64,000 bases of DNA from Opitutaceae bacterium (GCA_051252375.1 JBPOFY010000003.1:352001-416000), one strand, 5' to 3'; positions 28,528 to 36,912 are shown, counted from the stretch's first letter. Numbers and translations are program-made. Notes: generated by a model from the sequence alone, not told the origin.

Positions 28528-28747
28528 GAGTTTTCCGAATAGGAATTCTAGGTTTCTAATTGATTGTCGATCAGTCACAATTCTAATGCATCGCGTTAAA
28601 AATGTGGTCACTCTTATAGTGTTCGGAAAACTCTTAGGCGACATGCGCACTTTGCTGCCTATCCGCCCTGCGGTCACGTATGTATATACGCTCCCTTGGG
28701 CGTCAGTTGCAAAGCACACATCTCATCCTATTGCATAATCCGGGTTA
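28528..28747. mobile_element. Possible IS-end/MITE-like remnant
   Basis: Inverted 14-mers GAGTTTTCCGAATA (28528) and TGTTCGGAAAACTC (28620), followed by an imperfect long hairpin; no transposase. Confidence 0.3.
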
Positions 28748-28782
28748 AAAAACGCCGTCGAATCAATTGATACGACGGCGTT
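28747..28782 (-). terminator. Intrinsic terminator of the isomerase-oxidoreductase-SDR operon
   Basis: Minus strand AACGCCGTCG-TATCAATTGATT-CGACGGCGTT-TTTT. Confidence 0.75.
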
Positions 28783-28806
28783 GAAATTAGATCAAGTATG
28801 GATCGT

Positions 28807-29580
28807 TTACAAGCGTGGCATCGTCAGTCCGCCGTCGATCATGATGACTTGTCCCGTGGAATACGGGAAGTCGCCTGTGGCGAGTGAACCTACGGCTTTG
28901 CCGATATCTTCAGGAAAGCCCCAGCGTTTCGTTACACAGAGACCGTCTTCGATTAGAGCATCGTATTTGCCGGTCACGCCGCTCGTCATGTCGGTCTTGA
29001 TCACGCCAGGACGAATCTCGTAAACGGGGATGCCATATTCACCGAGACGCGCTGCAAAGAGCTGGCTCATCATGGCGATGCCGGCCTTCGATACACAGTA
29101 TTCACCGCGGTTTACGGAAACGACTGTGGCCGAAATGGAACCGACATTGATGATACTGTAAAAGCCATCCGTATCGGCTGCCTTTTGCTCAATCATCCAG
29201 TTCGCGGCTGCCTGTGAAAGGAAATAGGGACCTTTCACGTTGGTGCCGACGACGTAGTCGAAACTTTCCTCGGATGCTTCTAAGATGTCTTTGCGTTCTT
29301 TGGGAGCGACACCCGCATTGTTGACCAATACGTTGAGGCGACCGAATTTTGCTTTGATCTTGTCGAGCATCGAGGCACGCGCATCGGCAGAACCGATGTC
29401 ACCTTGGCAATAGACTACGTCTGCACCAAGTGCTTTAAGCGCTTCGATTGGTTCAGCGAGGGCGGACTCATCACGCATGCCATTAATGGCGATATCGAAT
29501 CCGAGTTTAGCCAGTTGTGCGGCACAGCCGAAGCCAATGCCTCGAGAGCCGCCGGTGACAAATGCGACAGGTTTATTCAT
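28807..29580 (-). CDS. Short-chain dehydrogenase/reductase (3-ketoacyl-ACP reductase-like)
   Basis: True start MNKPVAFVTGGSRGIG at 29580; NNAG, YCVSK. The longer ORF-track N-terminus is translated repeat. Confidence 0.9.
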   Translation of the reverse strand: MNKPVAFVTGGSRGIGFGCAAQLAKLGFDIAINGMRDESALAEPIEALKALGADVVYCQGDIGSADARASMLDKIKAKFGRLNVLVNNAGVAPKERKDILEASEESFDYVVGTNVKGPYFLSQAAANWMIEQKAADTDGFYSIINVGSISATVVSVNRGEYCVSKAGIAMMSQLFAARLGEYGIPVYEIRPGVIKTDMTSGVTGKYDALIEDGLCVTKRWGFPEDIGKAVGSLATGDFPYSTGQVIMIDGGLTMPRL

Positions 29581-29692
29581 AAGTTTGGAAGTTGGGAAGT
29601 TGGGAAGTTTGGAAGTTTGGAAGTTGGGAAGTTGAGAAGTTGGGAAGTTGAAAACATCAGAACCTCTCAACCTCTTAGCATCAGAACTTTGA
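29581..29692. repeat. Octamer tandem arrays in inverted arrangement (site without ORF)
   Basis: Nine AAGTT(G/T)RR units at 29581-29652, then about five opposite-sense units (AACATCAG AACCTCTC AACCTCTT AGCATCAG AACTTTGA) at 29653-29692. Confidence 0.9.
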
Positions 29693-29700
29693 ACTGAATG

Positions 29701-30852
29701 CTACGCTTTCAGTTCAGGAAGATCGAGCCACTTGCGTTGCTCGGAGCTTTGGATGCCGACTTCGGCAAGTTGCACACCCTTGGCACCTTCGAGGAGTGTC
29801 CAGCGGAATGGCTCATCGAGCACTACGTGACGTAGGAAGAGCTCCCACTGAATCTTGAAGGCATTGTCGTAAGTCTCTTGCTCAGGCACTTTCTGCCAGC
29901 CGTCGAAGAAGTCGATTGGGTTTGGAACATCTGGATTCCAAGTCGGGCGTGGTGTGTTGCCGTAGTGCTGTGTCCAAACATCGCGCAGGCCGACGATCGC
30001 GGATCCCTTGGTGCCGTCGACTTGCATAGTGAGCAGGTCATCGCGGCGCACGCGGACATTCCATGAGGAGTTGAAGTGGCAGACCACACCGTTTTCGAGT
30101 TCGAAAGTGGAGTAGGCTGAATCGTCAGCAGTGCACTTGTAAGGCTTACCTTCTTCGTCGATACGCTCAGGGATGTGCGTCGCTGCGAGGCAGGAGACGC
30201 TCTTCACCTTGCCGAAGAGGTTGTCGATCACGTAGCGCCAGTGGCAAAGCATGTCGACGATCATGCCGCCGCCGTCTTCCTTACGGTAGTTCCATGAAGG
30301 GCGTTGTGCTGGAATGGTGTGGCCTTCGAATACCCAGTAGCCGAACTCACCACGCACGGAGAGGATTTCGCCAAAGAAATCGTTCTCTACGAGGCGTTGG
30401 AATTTTTGCATACCTGGCAACCAGAGCTTGTCTTGAACGACACCATTTTTCACACCGGCATCGCGGCAGATTTCGTAGAGCTTGTAAGCGTCTTCTGTCT
30501 TAATCGCAGTCGGCTTTTCACAGTAGACGTGTTTGCCAGCGGCTGCTGCTGCCTGCACTGCTGGGAAGCGGCGAAGTGTGGTTTGCGAATCGAAGTAGAT
30601 CGGATACGCAGGATCTGTCATCACGCTGTCGAGGTCCGTTGTATATTTTTCAACACTAGTCTTGGCGATGAGCTCTTTGAGCTTTGTCTCATTGCGGCCG
30701 ACGAGAATCGGATCCGGCATGATAACTTCAGTCGGGCTGATTTTAACGCCGCCTTGTTTAATGATCGCGTCGATGGAACGAAGCAAATGCTGGTTAGTGC
30801 CCATGCGCCCTGTGACGCCGTTCATGATGATGCCGATTTTATGTGTTTTCAT
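29701..30852 (-). CDS. Gfo/Idh/MocA family oxidoreductase
   Basis: [31 protein letters not shown]. Confidence 0.9.
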   Translation of the reverse strand: MKTHKIGIIMNGVTGRMGTNQHLLRSIDAIIKQGGVKISPTEVIMPDPILVGRNETKLKELIAKTSVEKYTTDLDSVMTDPAYPIYFDSQTTLRRFPAVQAAAAAGKHVYCEKPTAIKTEDAYKLYEICRDAGVKNGVVQDKLWLPGMQKFQRLVENDFFGEILSVRGEFGYWVFEGHTIPAQRPSWNYRKEDGGGMIVDMLCHWRYVIDNLFGKVKSVSCLAATHIPERIDEEGKPYKCTADDSAYSTFELENGVVCHFNSSWNVRVRRDDLLTMQVDGTKGSAIVGLRDVWTQHYGNTPRPTWNPDVPNPIDFFDGWQKVPEQETYDNAFKIQWELFLRHVVLDEPFRWTLLEGAKGVQLAEVGIQSSEQRKWLDLPELKA

Positions 30853-30871
30853 AAGTTTTAATATATGTGTT

Positions 30872-30969
30872 GAGGTTTGAGAGGTTTGAGAGGTTGGGAA
30901 GTTTTGAAGTTGAGAGGTGGGGAAGTTTTGAAGTTGGGAGGTTGGGAAGTTTTGAGGTTGGGATGTTTT
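30872..30969. repeat. Octamer tandem array, downstream flank of the four-helix-bundle gene
   Basis: About 12 units of GARGTTNN on the + strand. Confidence 0.9.
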
Positions 30970-30980
30970 GGTTTTAGCGG

Positions 30981-31352
30981 TTACTTTTTGTTTTGTTCTA
31001 GATAGCGGAGGAATCCGCCAAGTAAATTTGCTACGGTGATTGCTTGAGCGTGGAATTTTTCGAAAGTGCTTTGGTCGATGTATTTTGCGTCTAGTAAACT
31101 GTATAGCTGGGAACGAAACTCGTATGCGGAGGCGAGTGCTATTCTTAAGAAGCGAATGAACTCTTGATTGGTGCCTCTTCCAAAGCCTTCTGCGATGTTA
31201 GAACCGACGGAGATGGCTGATCGTCTGATTTGGTCTTTGAGTCCGAAGTCCTTAGCGAGCTCGTCACTTTGACAGAGCTCATAGGTCCAACTGGCAAGCT
31301 TGCGTGCTTCCTGCCATGCTTGGATGTCCTCAAACTTTTCGATCTTACTCAT
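30981..31352 (-). CDS. Four-helix-bundle protein (23S rRNA intervening-sequence protein/Avd-like family)
   Basis: [11 protein letters not shown]...[26 protein letters not shown]...[18 protein letters not shown] family signature; 123 aa. Confidence 0.92.
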   Translation of the reverse strand: MSKIEKFEDIQAWQEARKLASWTYELCQSDELAKDFGLKDQIRRSAISVGSNIAEGFGRGTNQEFIRFLRIALASAYEFRSQLYSLLDAKYIDQSTFEKFHAQAITVANLLGGFLRYLEQNKK

Positions 31353-31402
31353 AAACCTTATAGCTTCTAAACTTCAGAACGTCTAAACTTAATATAAACC
31401 TC
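31353..31402. repeat. Degenerate octamer array, upstream flank of the four-helix-bundle gene, opposite orientation
   Basis: + strand AAACCTTA TAGCTTCT AAACTTCA GAACGTCT AAACTTAA ... AAACCTC. Confidence 0.75.
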
Positions 31403-32218
31403 CTACACATGAGCACGATAGGCTTCGACTATCTTGCTCAGATACTCGTCTTGGTCCGTTGCCCAGTGTCGAGTGGAGAAGACTTCGACTTCGATCCAGT
31501 CGGCAAAGCCTGCGGCGGTTTCGACCAGTTGGCGGATACCGCGGTTGTCGATGCAACCTTCGCCCATGAGGCCACGGTCGTTGAGCATGTCATTGGTCGG
31601 AGTCATCCAATCGCAAACGTGGAAACCGATGATGCGCTTACCGGCACGCTTGACTTCTTGCTCTAGGCAAGGGTCCCACCAGATGTGGTAGACGTCGGCT
31701 GCGATGCCAACCCATTCCTCGCCGATCTGATCGATCATGTCGTTGCATTGACCAATCGTGTTTACTGCGCTACGGCAGTCGGCATACATGGGGTGGAGTG
31801 GTTCGATCGAAAGTTTGACGCCAACTTTTGACGCGTGGTCGACGAGTGAAGCGATCCCTTCTGTGATGTGGCGGCGGTTTTCCGAAAGGCTTAGCTCTGG
31901 CTTGGCGCCACAGACGAGGACTACTTGAGGTGCGCCGACTGCGGCTGCTTCGTCGAGTGCCTTGATATTGTCATCGAATGACGCCTGTTTTTCTGTGGCA
32001 TTGAGGTAGGGATAAAATCCGCTACGGACCAGTGAGACCGCTTTGAGAGCGTGGTCGTCAAGCATACGCTTGCTCTCGGCGAGTGGTCGTCCATCTAGCC
32101 ACTGTCTCCAGAGACCGACTCCCGGCACCCCGGCAGCTGCATATTTTGCGCAAGCCGTGGGTAGGTCCCATGGCTTCGTTGTCATTGTGTGAATGGCGAG
32201 TCTGTCGAGGTTATCCAT
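31403..32218 (-). CDS. Sugar-phosphate isomerase/epimerase (TIM barrel)
   Basis: True start MDNLDRLAIHTMT at 32218; IEPLHPMY, DVYHIWWD, FHVCDW, DRGLMGEG, EVEVFS. Confidence 0.88.
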   Translation of the reverse strand: MDNLDRLAIHTMTTKPWDLPTACAKYAAAGVPGVGLWRQWLDGRPLAESKRMLDDHALKAVSLVRSGFYPYLNATEKQASFDDNIKALDEAAAVGAPQVVLVCGAKPELSLSENRRHITEGIASLVDHASKVGVKLSIEPLHPMYADCRSAVNTIGQCNDMIDQIGEEWVGIAADVYHIWWDPCLEQEVKRAGKRIIGFHVCDWMTPTNDMLNDRGLMGEGCIDNRGIRQLVETAAGFADWIEVEVFSTRHWATDQDEYLSKIVEAYRAHV

Positions 32219-32226
32219 AGGAAATT

Positions 32227-32474
32227 GTGGGGAGGTTTTGATCGAGGTGGGGAGGTTTTGAGGTTTTGAAGTGGGGAGGTTTGGAAGTTTGGAAGTGGGG
32301 AGGTTTTGAGGTTTGGAAGTTTTGAGGTGGGGGGGGTTGGAAGTTTTGAAGTGGGGAGGTTTGGAAGTTTTGAGGTTTGGAGGTTTTGAAGTTTGGATTG
32401 AGAACCTCTGAGCTTCACAGCTTCTTAACCTCCCCACTTCAAAACTTCTTAACCTCTCAGCTTCTCAACCTGTT
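32227..32474. repeat. Octamer tandem arrays in inverted arrangement (site without ORF)
   Basis: About 20 GARGTKKK units at 32227-32395, then nine opposite-sense units (AACCTCTG AGCTTCAC AGCTTCTT AACCTCCC CACTTCAA AACTTCTT AACCTCTC AGCTTCTC AACCTGTT) at 32403-32474. Confidence 0.9.
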
Positions 32475-32481
32475 CTTTTTT

Positions 32482-33018
32482 CTAAAATCGGTGTGTTTTT
32501 TCCAGGTGCATGATGGATAGCACGCTGTCTTCGAGTATTTCGTAGCTGTGCTCCAGCGCTGCGTCAAACTTCATAGCTTGCCCGGGCTTCAGTGTGTGTT
32601 GTTCGCGGGGAAGGGTGATTTGAATCGAGCCTTTGTGCAGCCAGCAGATTTCAAATTCGTCTCCATGTGCCTCGGGCTTGGATAATTGGCTGCCTGCTTT
32701 CGCTGTAGCAAAGAAGCAATCAATGCCCTTGAAGCCGACTTTTTGAAACTCGAAGGGACCGGAAGTGTAGCTTTCGGATTCTTTGCAATGTGCAGAGCAA
32801 GACTCGGCTAGATTGAGTAGGTCTGTTGCTGAAAGTCCGAAGACGCGGGCCAAGCGATAGAGGGTGTCCAACTCAATCATGTTCTGATTGCGCTCAAGCT
32901 TGGAGAGGCCTGCTATTGAGAGGCCTGATTTCTGCGATACGTCATCCAATGTCATGCCCGCGCGCTTTCTGAGATCGCGGACAATGGAGAAATCGAGAGT
33001 CAGTTCTTGGGGGTTCAT
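32482..33018 (-). CDS. XRE-family HTH regulator with cupin domain
   Basis: VRDLRKRAGMTLDDVSQKSGLSIAGLSKLERN; cupin HGDEFE...LKPGQAMKFDAALEHSY; likely start 33018. Confidence 0.88.
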   Translation of the reverse strand: MNPQELTLDFSIVRDLRKRAGMTLDDVSQKSGLSIAGLSKLERNQNMIELDTLYRLARVFGLSATDLLNLAESCSAHCKESESYTSGPFEFQKVGFKGIDCFFATAKAGSQLSKPEAHGDEFEICWLHKGSIQITLPREQHTLKPGQAMKFDAALEHSYEILEDSVLSIMHLEKTHRF

Positions 33019-33055
33019 GAGGTTTTTAATTGCCTGAAAGATAAAAATAGTCAAA

Positions 33056-33079
33056 TATTTTAATCTTAAAGTTAAAATA
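33056..33079. promoter_or_regulatory. Inverted repeat, candidate XRE operator
   Basis: TATTTTAA-N8-TTAAAATA in the 61-bp divergent gap, abutting the ATG at 33080. Confidence 0.45.
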
Positions 33080-33955
33080 ATGGACATTTCTCTCATATTT
33101 GCCGCCATGGCGGCGTTTGGCTACTCGGTGGCAGCGATCTTCTCGAAGCAGGCGCTGGCACAAGGTTGTGGCATCATGAGACTATCTTTTGTGGCCAATT
33201 TGGTATTTGTGCCGATTTTTGCGCTTTTGCTTATAAATGCTCCTAGTGAACCGATTCCTTGGGGGCAAATACATCAGCCAGTGCTTACTGGATTACTTTT
33301 TTTCCTTGGACAGATATTTACGTTTTCCGCGATACGTGTGGGTGATGTCAGTCTTCAGACTCCGGTTATGGGGACGAAGGTGGTCTTTGTGGTGTTGATC
33401 GCACTCTTCTTGGGGACTGAGCAGGTGAGTATTCAGCTGATTCTTGCTTCACTCTGTTCTATGGTCGCGGTTGCGCTGCTTGGTTTTTCGGGTGGTGGTG
33501 CTAGGCGGGTTGGGCTGACACTTACTTTGGCGATATTGAGTGCATTGTTTTATGCGGGATCCGATACGATGGTCGGCGCTTATGGTTCGGCTTTCGGAGT
33601 GCCGCGCTTTCTATTTATCACAATGTTAGTCAACTGTCTGCTGTCGTTTTTGCTGTTACCGTTTTTTAGCGGATCGCTTCGTCAGATCACTCGACAGGCT
33701 TGGCCATGGATTTGTTTAGCAGCAATCATGATGGCGCTTCAGGCACTGCTGGTGAATTACACGATTGCTCGTTACCAGAATGTTCCGGCGATTAATGTTC
33801 TTTATTCATCGCGAGGGCTCTGGAGTGTGGTGCTTGCCCTTCCAGTGGCCTTACTATTCAAACTTCCTCGTGAGCGTCTGACTGCACGTATGCTTTGGCA
33901 ACGTGGCGCGGGAGCGCTCCTGTTATCCATCGCAATTGGCATCGTTTTTAGTTAA
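33080..33955 (+). CDS. DMT/EamA-family transporter
   Basis: About ten TM helices in two repeats; AIRVGDVSLQTPVMGTKVVFV. Confidence 0.8.
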   Translation: MDISLIFAAMAAFGYSVAAIFSKQALAQGCGIMRLSFVANLVFVPIFALLLINAPSEPIPWGQIHQPVLTGLLFFLGQIFTFSAIRVGDVSLQTPVMGTKVVFVVLIALFLGTEQVSIQLILASLCSMVAVALLGFSGGGARRVGLTLTLAILSALFYAGSDTMVGAYGSAFGVPRFLFITMLVNCLLSFLLLPFFSGSLRQITRQAWPWICLAAIMMALQALLVNYTIARYQNVPAINVLYSSRGLWSVVLALPVALLFKLPRERLTARMLWQRGAGALLLSIAIGIVFS

Positions 33956-33989
33956 TCAAGTATCACCCCAAACTTTCTCTATATACGTT

Positions 33990-36089
33990 ATGAAAAATAT
34001 CGATAATACGTCCACTTCGGCAGGAGCCGAAGCGATTCCACAAGACATCCTAGATCAGTTGACGCGTTTCAACATGCCTGCAGTTCGAGGTATTCCAGCT
34101 AGCGAACAAACGATTGAGGTGTCGGGTTGCACGATTCCAGTGTATAGCTGTGACGCGCTCGTGCTAGGTAGTGGAGCAGCCGGTATGCGTGCGGTGGTTG
34201 AACTGCATCGCCGTGGTGTGGATGTGTTGGTGGCCAGCACCGGCTTGTTCGCTGGGACTTCGGCTTGCTCCGGTTCAGATAAGCAAACCCTTTATACTGC
34301 GAGCACAGACTATAAGGGAGATAACTTTATTAACTATGCGAAGAGCCTGTGCAGTGGCGGGGCGATGGATTTTTCGACGGCGTATGTTGAAGCGGTTGGT
34401 TCGAATGACGCTGTCGGAGGCTTACAGTTCATGGGCTTGCCGTTACCGCATGATGATCAAGGAGCGATACTTCGTTATCAAACCGATCACGATGAAGCTG
34501 GGCGCGCGACAAGTTGCGGACCTCGCACTTCAAAGTTGATGGTGAAAGTTCTCTTCGAGGAAGCACTCACGCTGGGTGCTCGTATATTGCCAAGTTGCAG
34601 CGGGATCCAAATCGTTAAAGAAACTGTCGACGGGGAAGATCGTGTGCGCGGTGTTATCGCATTGCACCGTGAAGAAAAGCGTAACGCTTACGGATTGGTA
34701 TTTATTCAATGTGAAGACCTCGTGATCGCAACCGGTGGTCCCGGCGAACTGTATCGCGATAGTGTTTATCCACATCATTGCCATGGCGGTTTGGGCATCG
34801 CCCTCGAAGCGGGCATTGAATTATGCAATGTGACCGAGAGCCAATTCGGTATTGGCACACCTCGCACGACATTCCCATGGAACCTTTCAGGGACCTATGT
34901 GCAAGTGATGCCGCGTGTGTATTCTGTAGATGCAGAAGGTAACGAAATCCATTTCTTGAAGCGCTATTATCGGACAACGCGTGAAATGGTATCGAATACC
35001 TTTCGCAAAGGTTATCAATGGCCGTTCCACTCAACTCGTATGCTGGATTATGGCTCTAGTCTATTCGACTTGGCCGTCTTTCTGGAGCAACAAGCGGGGC
35101 GTCGAGTATATCTCGATTTTCTCCGTAACCCCGAGCCTGTAAACGAGGACGAGCAGTTTTCGCTGGAAGACCTTGATCCAGATGTGCGTGCATATTTGGA
35201 GAATAACGAAGCTCTATTTGAGTTACCCATTGATCGATTGCATCGTATGAATCCGCTGGCGATTGAGCTGTATCGCATGCATGGCACCGATCTCGCAACA
35301 GAGCCGCTGGAGTTCGCCATGAACAATCAGCACATGAACGGTGGCATATTGATTAATAATTGGGGGCAAACAAGTTTAGCTGGATGTTATGCCATTGGCG
35401 AAGCTGCTGGCAGCCATGGCGTCACGCGCCCGGGTGGTGCGGCGCTTAATTCAGGTCAAGTGTTTGGTAAACGCGTAGCGATTGCGATCAAACGCGATCG
35501 ATTGAATCGAGTGGTTTCTAAACCCGGTGCCGAAAACATCAGCTCTGCTCTGGAACGCACACTCATAAGTGCGGATCAGTTTGTGAACGCTGGATCGGGT
35601 AAGACTACAAAGGAAATTAAGACCGAGATACAGGCCCGCATGAGTGATTATGCAGGTATCATTTGCACTGCCGATGAGGTGGAGCAAGCATTGGAAGCTG
35701 CTCGCGTCTTGAATCAACAAATTGAGTCTGAGGGCATACGCGTCAGTTCCCCGTCTATGGTCGGCGCTGCATTTCGTTGGCGTCACATGGCATGGGTGTC
35801 TGAGGCTGTTTTAACGGCACTAGATCACTACATTAAAAACGGTGGTGGTAGCCGTGGTGCACGGGCGATTTGCTCTGAGGCTGGCACAGGTTGCCCGGAG
35901 GCGAACGGCGAAGATTTGAGCCGCTTCCGATTTGTCGAAGAGCTCGAAAAGGACCGCAACGAGAAGTTGGTAGTCAGCCAAGGAGATGATGGGTTTACTA
36001 TCCGGTCTGTCTCCGTCGATTTAACTCCCGAAGTGAAGCGTGAGTTCTTTGAGAAGGGCTGGGGCGCTTACTTGATCAAAGAAGGTTAG
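33990..36089 (+). CDS. FAD-binding protein (succinate dehydrogenase/fumarate reductase flavoprotein superfamily), function unknown
   Basis: LVLGSGAAG, SGSDKQT, VIATGGPG, QHMNGG, GEAAGSHG..RPGGAALNSGQV, GGSRG; likely start 33990. Confidence 0.82.
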   Translation: MKNIDNTSTSAGAEAIPQDILDQLTRFNMPAVRGIPASEQTIEVSGCTIPVYSCDALVLGSGAAGMRAVVELHRRGVDVLVASTGLFAGTSACSGSDKQTLYTASTDYKGDNFINYAKSLCSGGAMDFSTAYVEAVGSNDAVGGLQFMGLPLPHDDQGAILRYQTDHDEAGRATSCGPRTSKLMVKVLFEEALTLGARILPSCSGIQIVKETVDGEDRVRGVIALHREEKRNAYGLVFIQCEDLVIATGGPGELYRDSVYPHHCHGGLGIALEAGIELCNVTESQFGIGTPRTTFPWNLSGTYVQVMPRVYSVDAEGNEIHFLKRYYRTTREMVSNTFRKGYQWPFHSTRMLDYGSSLFDLAVFLEQQAGRRVYLDFLRNPEPVNEDEQFSLEDLDPDVRAYLENNEALFELPIDRLHRMNPLAIELYRMHGTDLATEPLEFAMNNQHMNGGILINNWGQTSLAGCYAIGEAAGSHGVTRPGGAALNSGQVFGKRVAIAIKRDRLNRVVSKPGAENISSALERTLISADQFVNAGSGKTTKEIKTEIQARMSDYAGIICTADEVEQALEAARVLNQQIESEGIRVSSPSMVGAAFRWRHMAWVSEAVLTALDHYIKNGGGSRGARAICSEAGTGCPEANGEDLSRFRFVEELEKDRNEKLVVSQGDDGFTIRSVSVDLTPEVKREFFEKGWGAYLIKEG

Positions 36090-36118
36090 CGGCTGATACC
36101 TTGAGCTTGCTAGTTAAA

Positions 36119-36191
36119 GGTAGGGACGTCTGCCCTCAGGCGTCCGCGATCTCTCCTGCTGCCACGGACGCCTGGGGCAGACGTCCCTACC
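36119..36191. repeat. GTAG-type REP doublet (REPIN-like)
   Basis: GGTAG-GGACGTCTG-CCCT-CAGGCGTCC and an inverted copy GGTAG-GGACGTCTG-CCC-CAGGCGTCC. Confidence 0.8.
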
Positions 36192-36285
36192 GAATACACT
36201 GTTATGCGTATCGATTTCCCCCTAAAGGTCGTGCAACTCGAGCCACGTCTGCGCTAGCGGATTGAACCTTATTCTGGAGTATGTC

Positions 36286-36372
36286 GTGGCTTCGGTTCTC
36301 GGAACCGGGGACTTGCGGATAGACCCCGAAACACCTTCGACAAGCTCAGGTCAGGAGAGTTTCGAGGCTACA
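36286..36372. repeat. Second REP-like doublet with a CCTTCGACAAGCTCAGG element in the loop of its right arm
   Basis: Left GTGG-CTTCGGTT-CTCGG-AACCGGGG; right (minus) TGTAG-CCTCGAAAC-[26-nt loop containing 36334-36350]-GTTTCGGGG. Confidence 0.6.
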
Positions 36373-36413
36373 AAAGAAATCTTTGATTTAGCTCAAACCT
36401 AATTAAAGTCGGT

Positions 36414-36896
36414 CTAATTTGAGCGAGCACTGCTTGAGTTGTAGTAGAAACACCTTTGATTCGCTAGATCGTGTGCAATCCAATAATACGTCCCTTCGTA
36501 GACTTTCATTCCTTCAGCTGATTTTGGCCACCAGTTTATTGGTCCCGATCCATCTCGCCAGATATAATCAGGTTCTTCTGGAATTCTATGGTGGTTATTT
36601 GCAGCTTTGGATTTCCCTTTAAGCATACGTTCAATAACCAATTCTATCTCTTCGTTTGTCGCACTAAAGCTTATGTGGCAGTAGTAGTTGTCTCTGGAGA
36701 GCCGGTAATTGTATTCAAGGGCATAGGCGTTTTTGGGCAAGGTGATGCCCTGTGCTTTGATATTCTCTCTGACTATTTCAGAAGATAAATATGTTACCTG
36801 ATCACGATGAAAAATTGACTGCTTAATGCACGTTTGAAGTAAAGCTAGGCATAGAGTGAAAAGGATTCCGGCTAGAAATATAGAGAAGCTTTTCAT
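36414..36896 (-). CDS. Hypothetical protein with N-terminal signal/anchor, AT-rich
   Basis: 160-aa ORF starting 16 bp after the eda stop; hydrophobic N-terminus. Confidence 0.55.
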   Translation of the reverse strand: MKSFSIFLAGILFTLCLALLQTCIKQSIFHRDQVTYLSSEIVRENIKAQGITLPKNAYALEYNYRLSRDNYYCHISFSATNEEIELVIERMLKGKSKAANNHHRIPEEPDYIWRDGSGPINWWPKSAEGMKVYEGTYYWIAHDLANQRCFYYNSSSARSN

Positions 36897-36912
36897 TTTT
36901 CGCAGATCAGCC

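Noticed and set aside
29581..29670. N-terminal TSKLPNFP-repeat extension of the SDR in the ORF track
   Set aside because: It is the octamer array read in a stop-free frame; the family-typical N-terminus begins at ATG 29580.
30981..31352. Diversity-generating retroelement or a true 23S rRNA intervening sequence
   Set aside because: No reverse transcriptase, no TR/VR pair with adenine-specific mismatches and no rRNA sequence were seen in the window.
32182..32437. Repeat-rich N-terminal extension of the isomerase and the 78-aa ORF 32182..32418
   Set aside because: The 8-aa periodic peptides are translations of 3 x 8-nt repeats; nothing supports them as real proteins.
29581..32474. Repeat arrays as CRISPR
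   Set aside because: The units are 8 bp and contiguous, with no unique spacers and no cas genes.
33990..36089. sdhA, frdA or nadB assignment
   Set aside because: Only superfamily motifs are present, the covalent-FAD His motif is not evident and there are no partner subunits.
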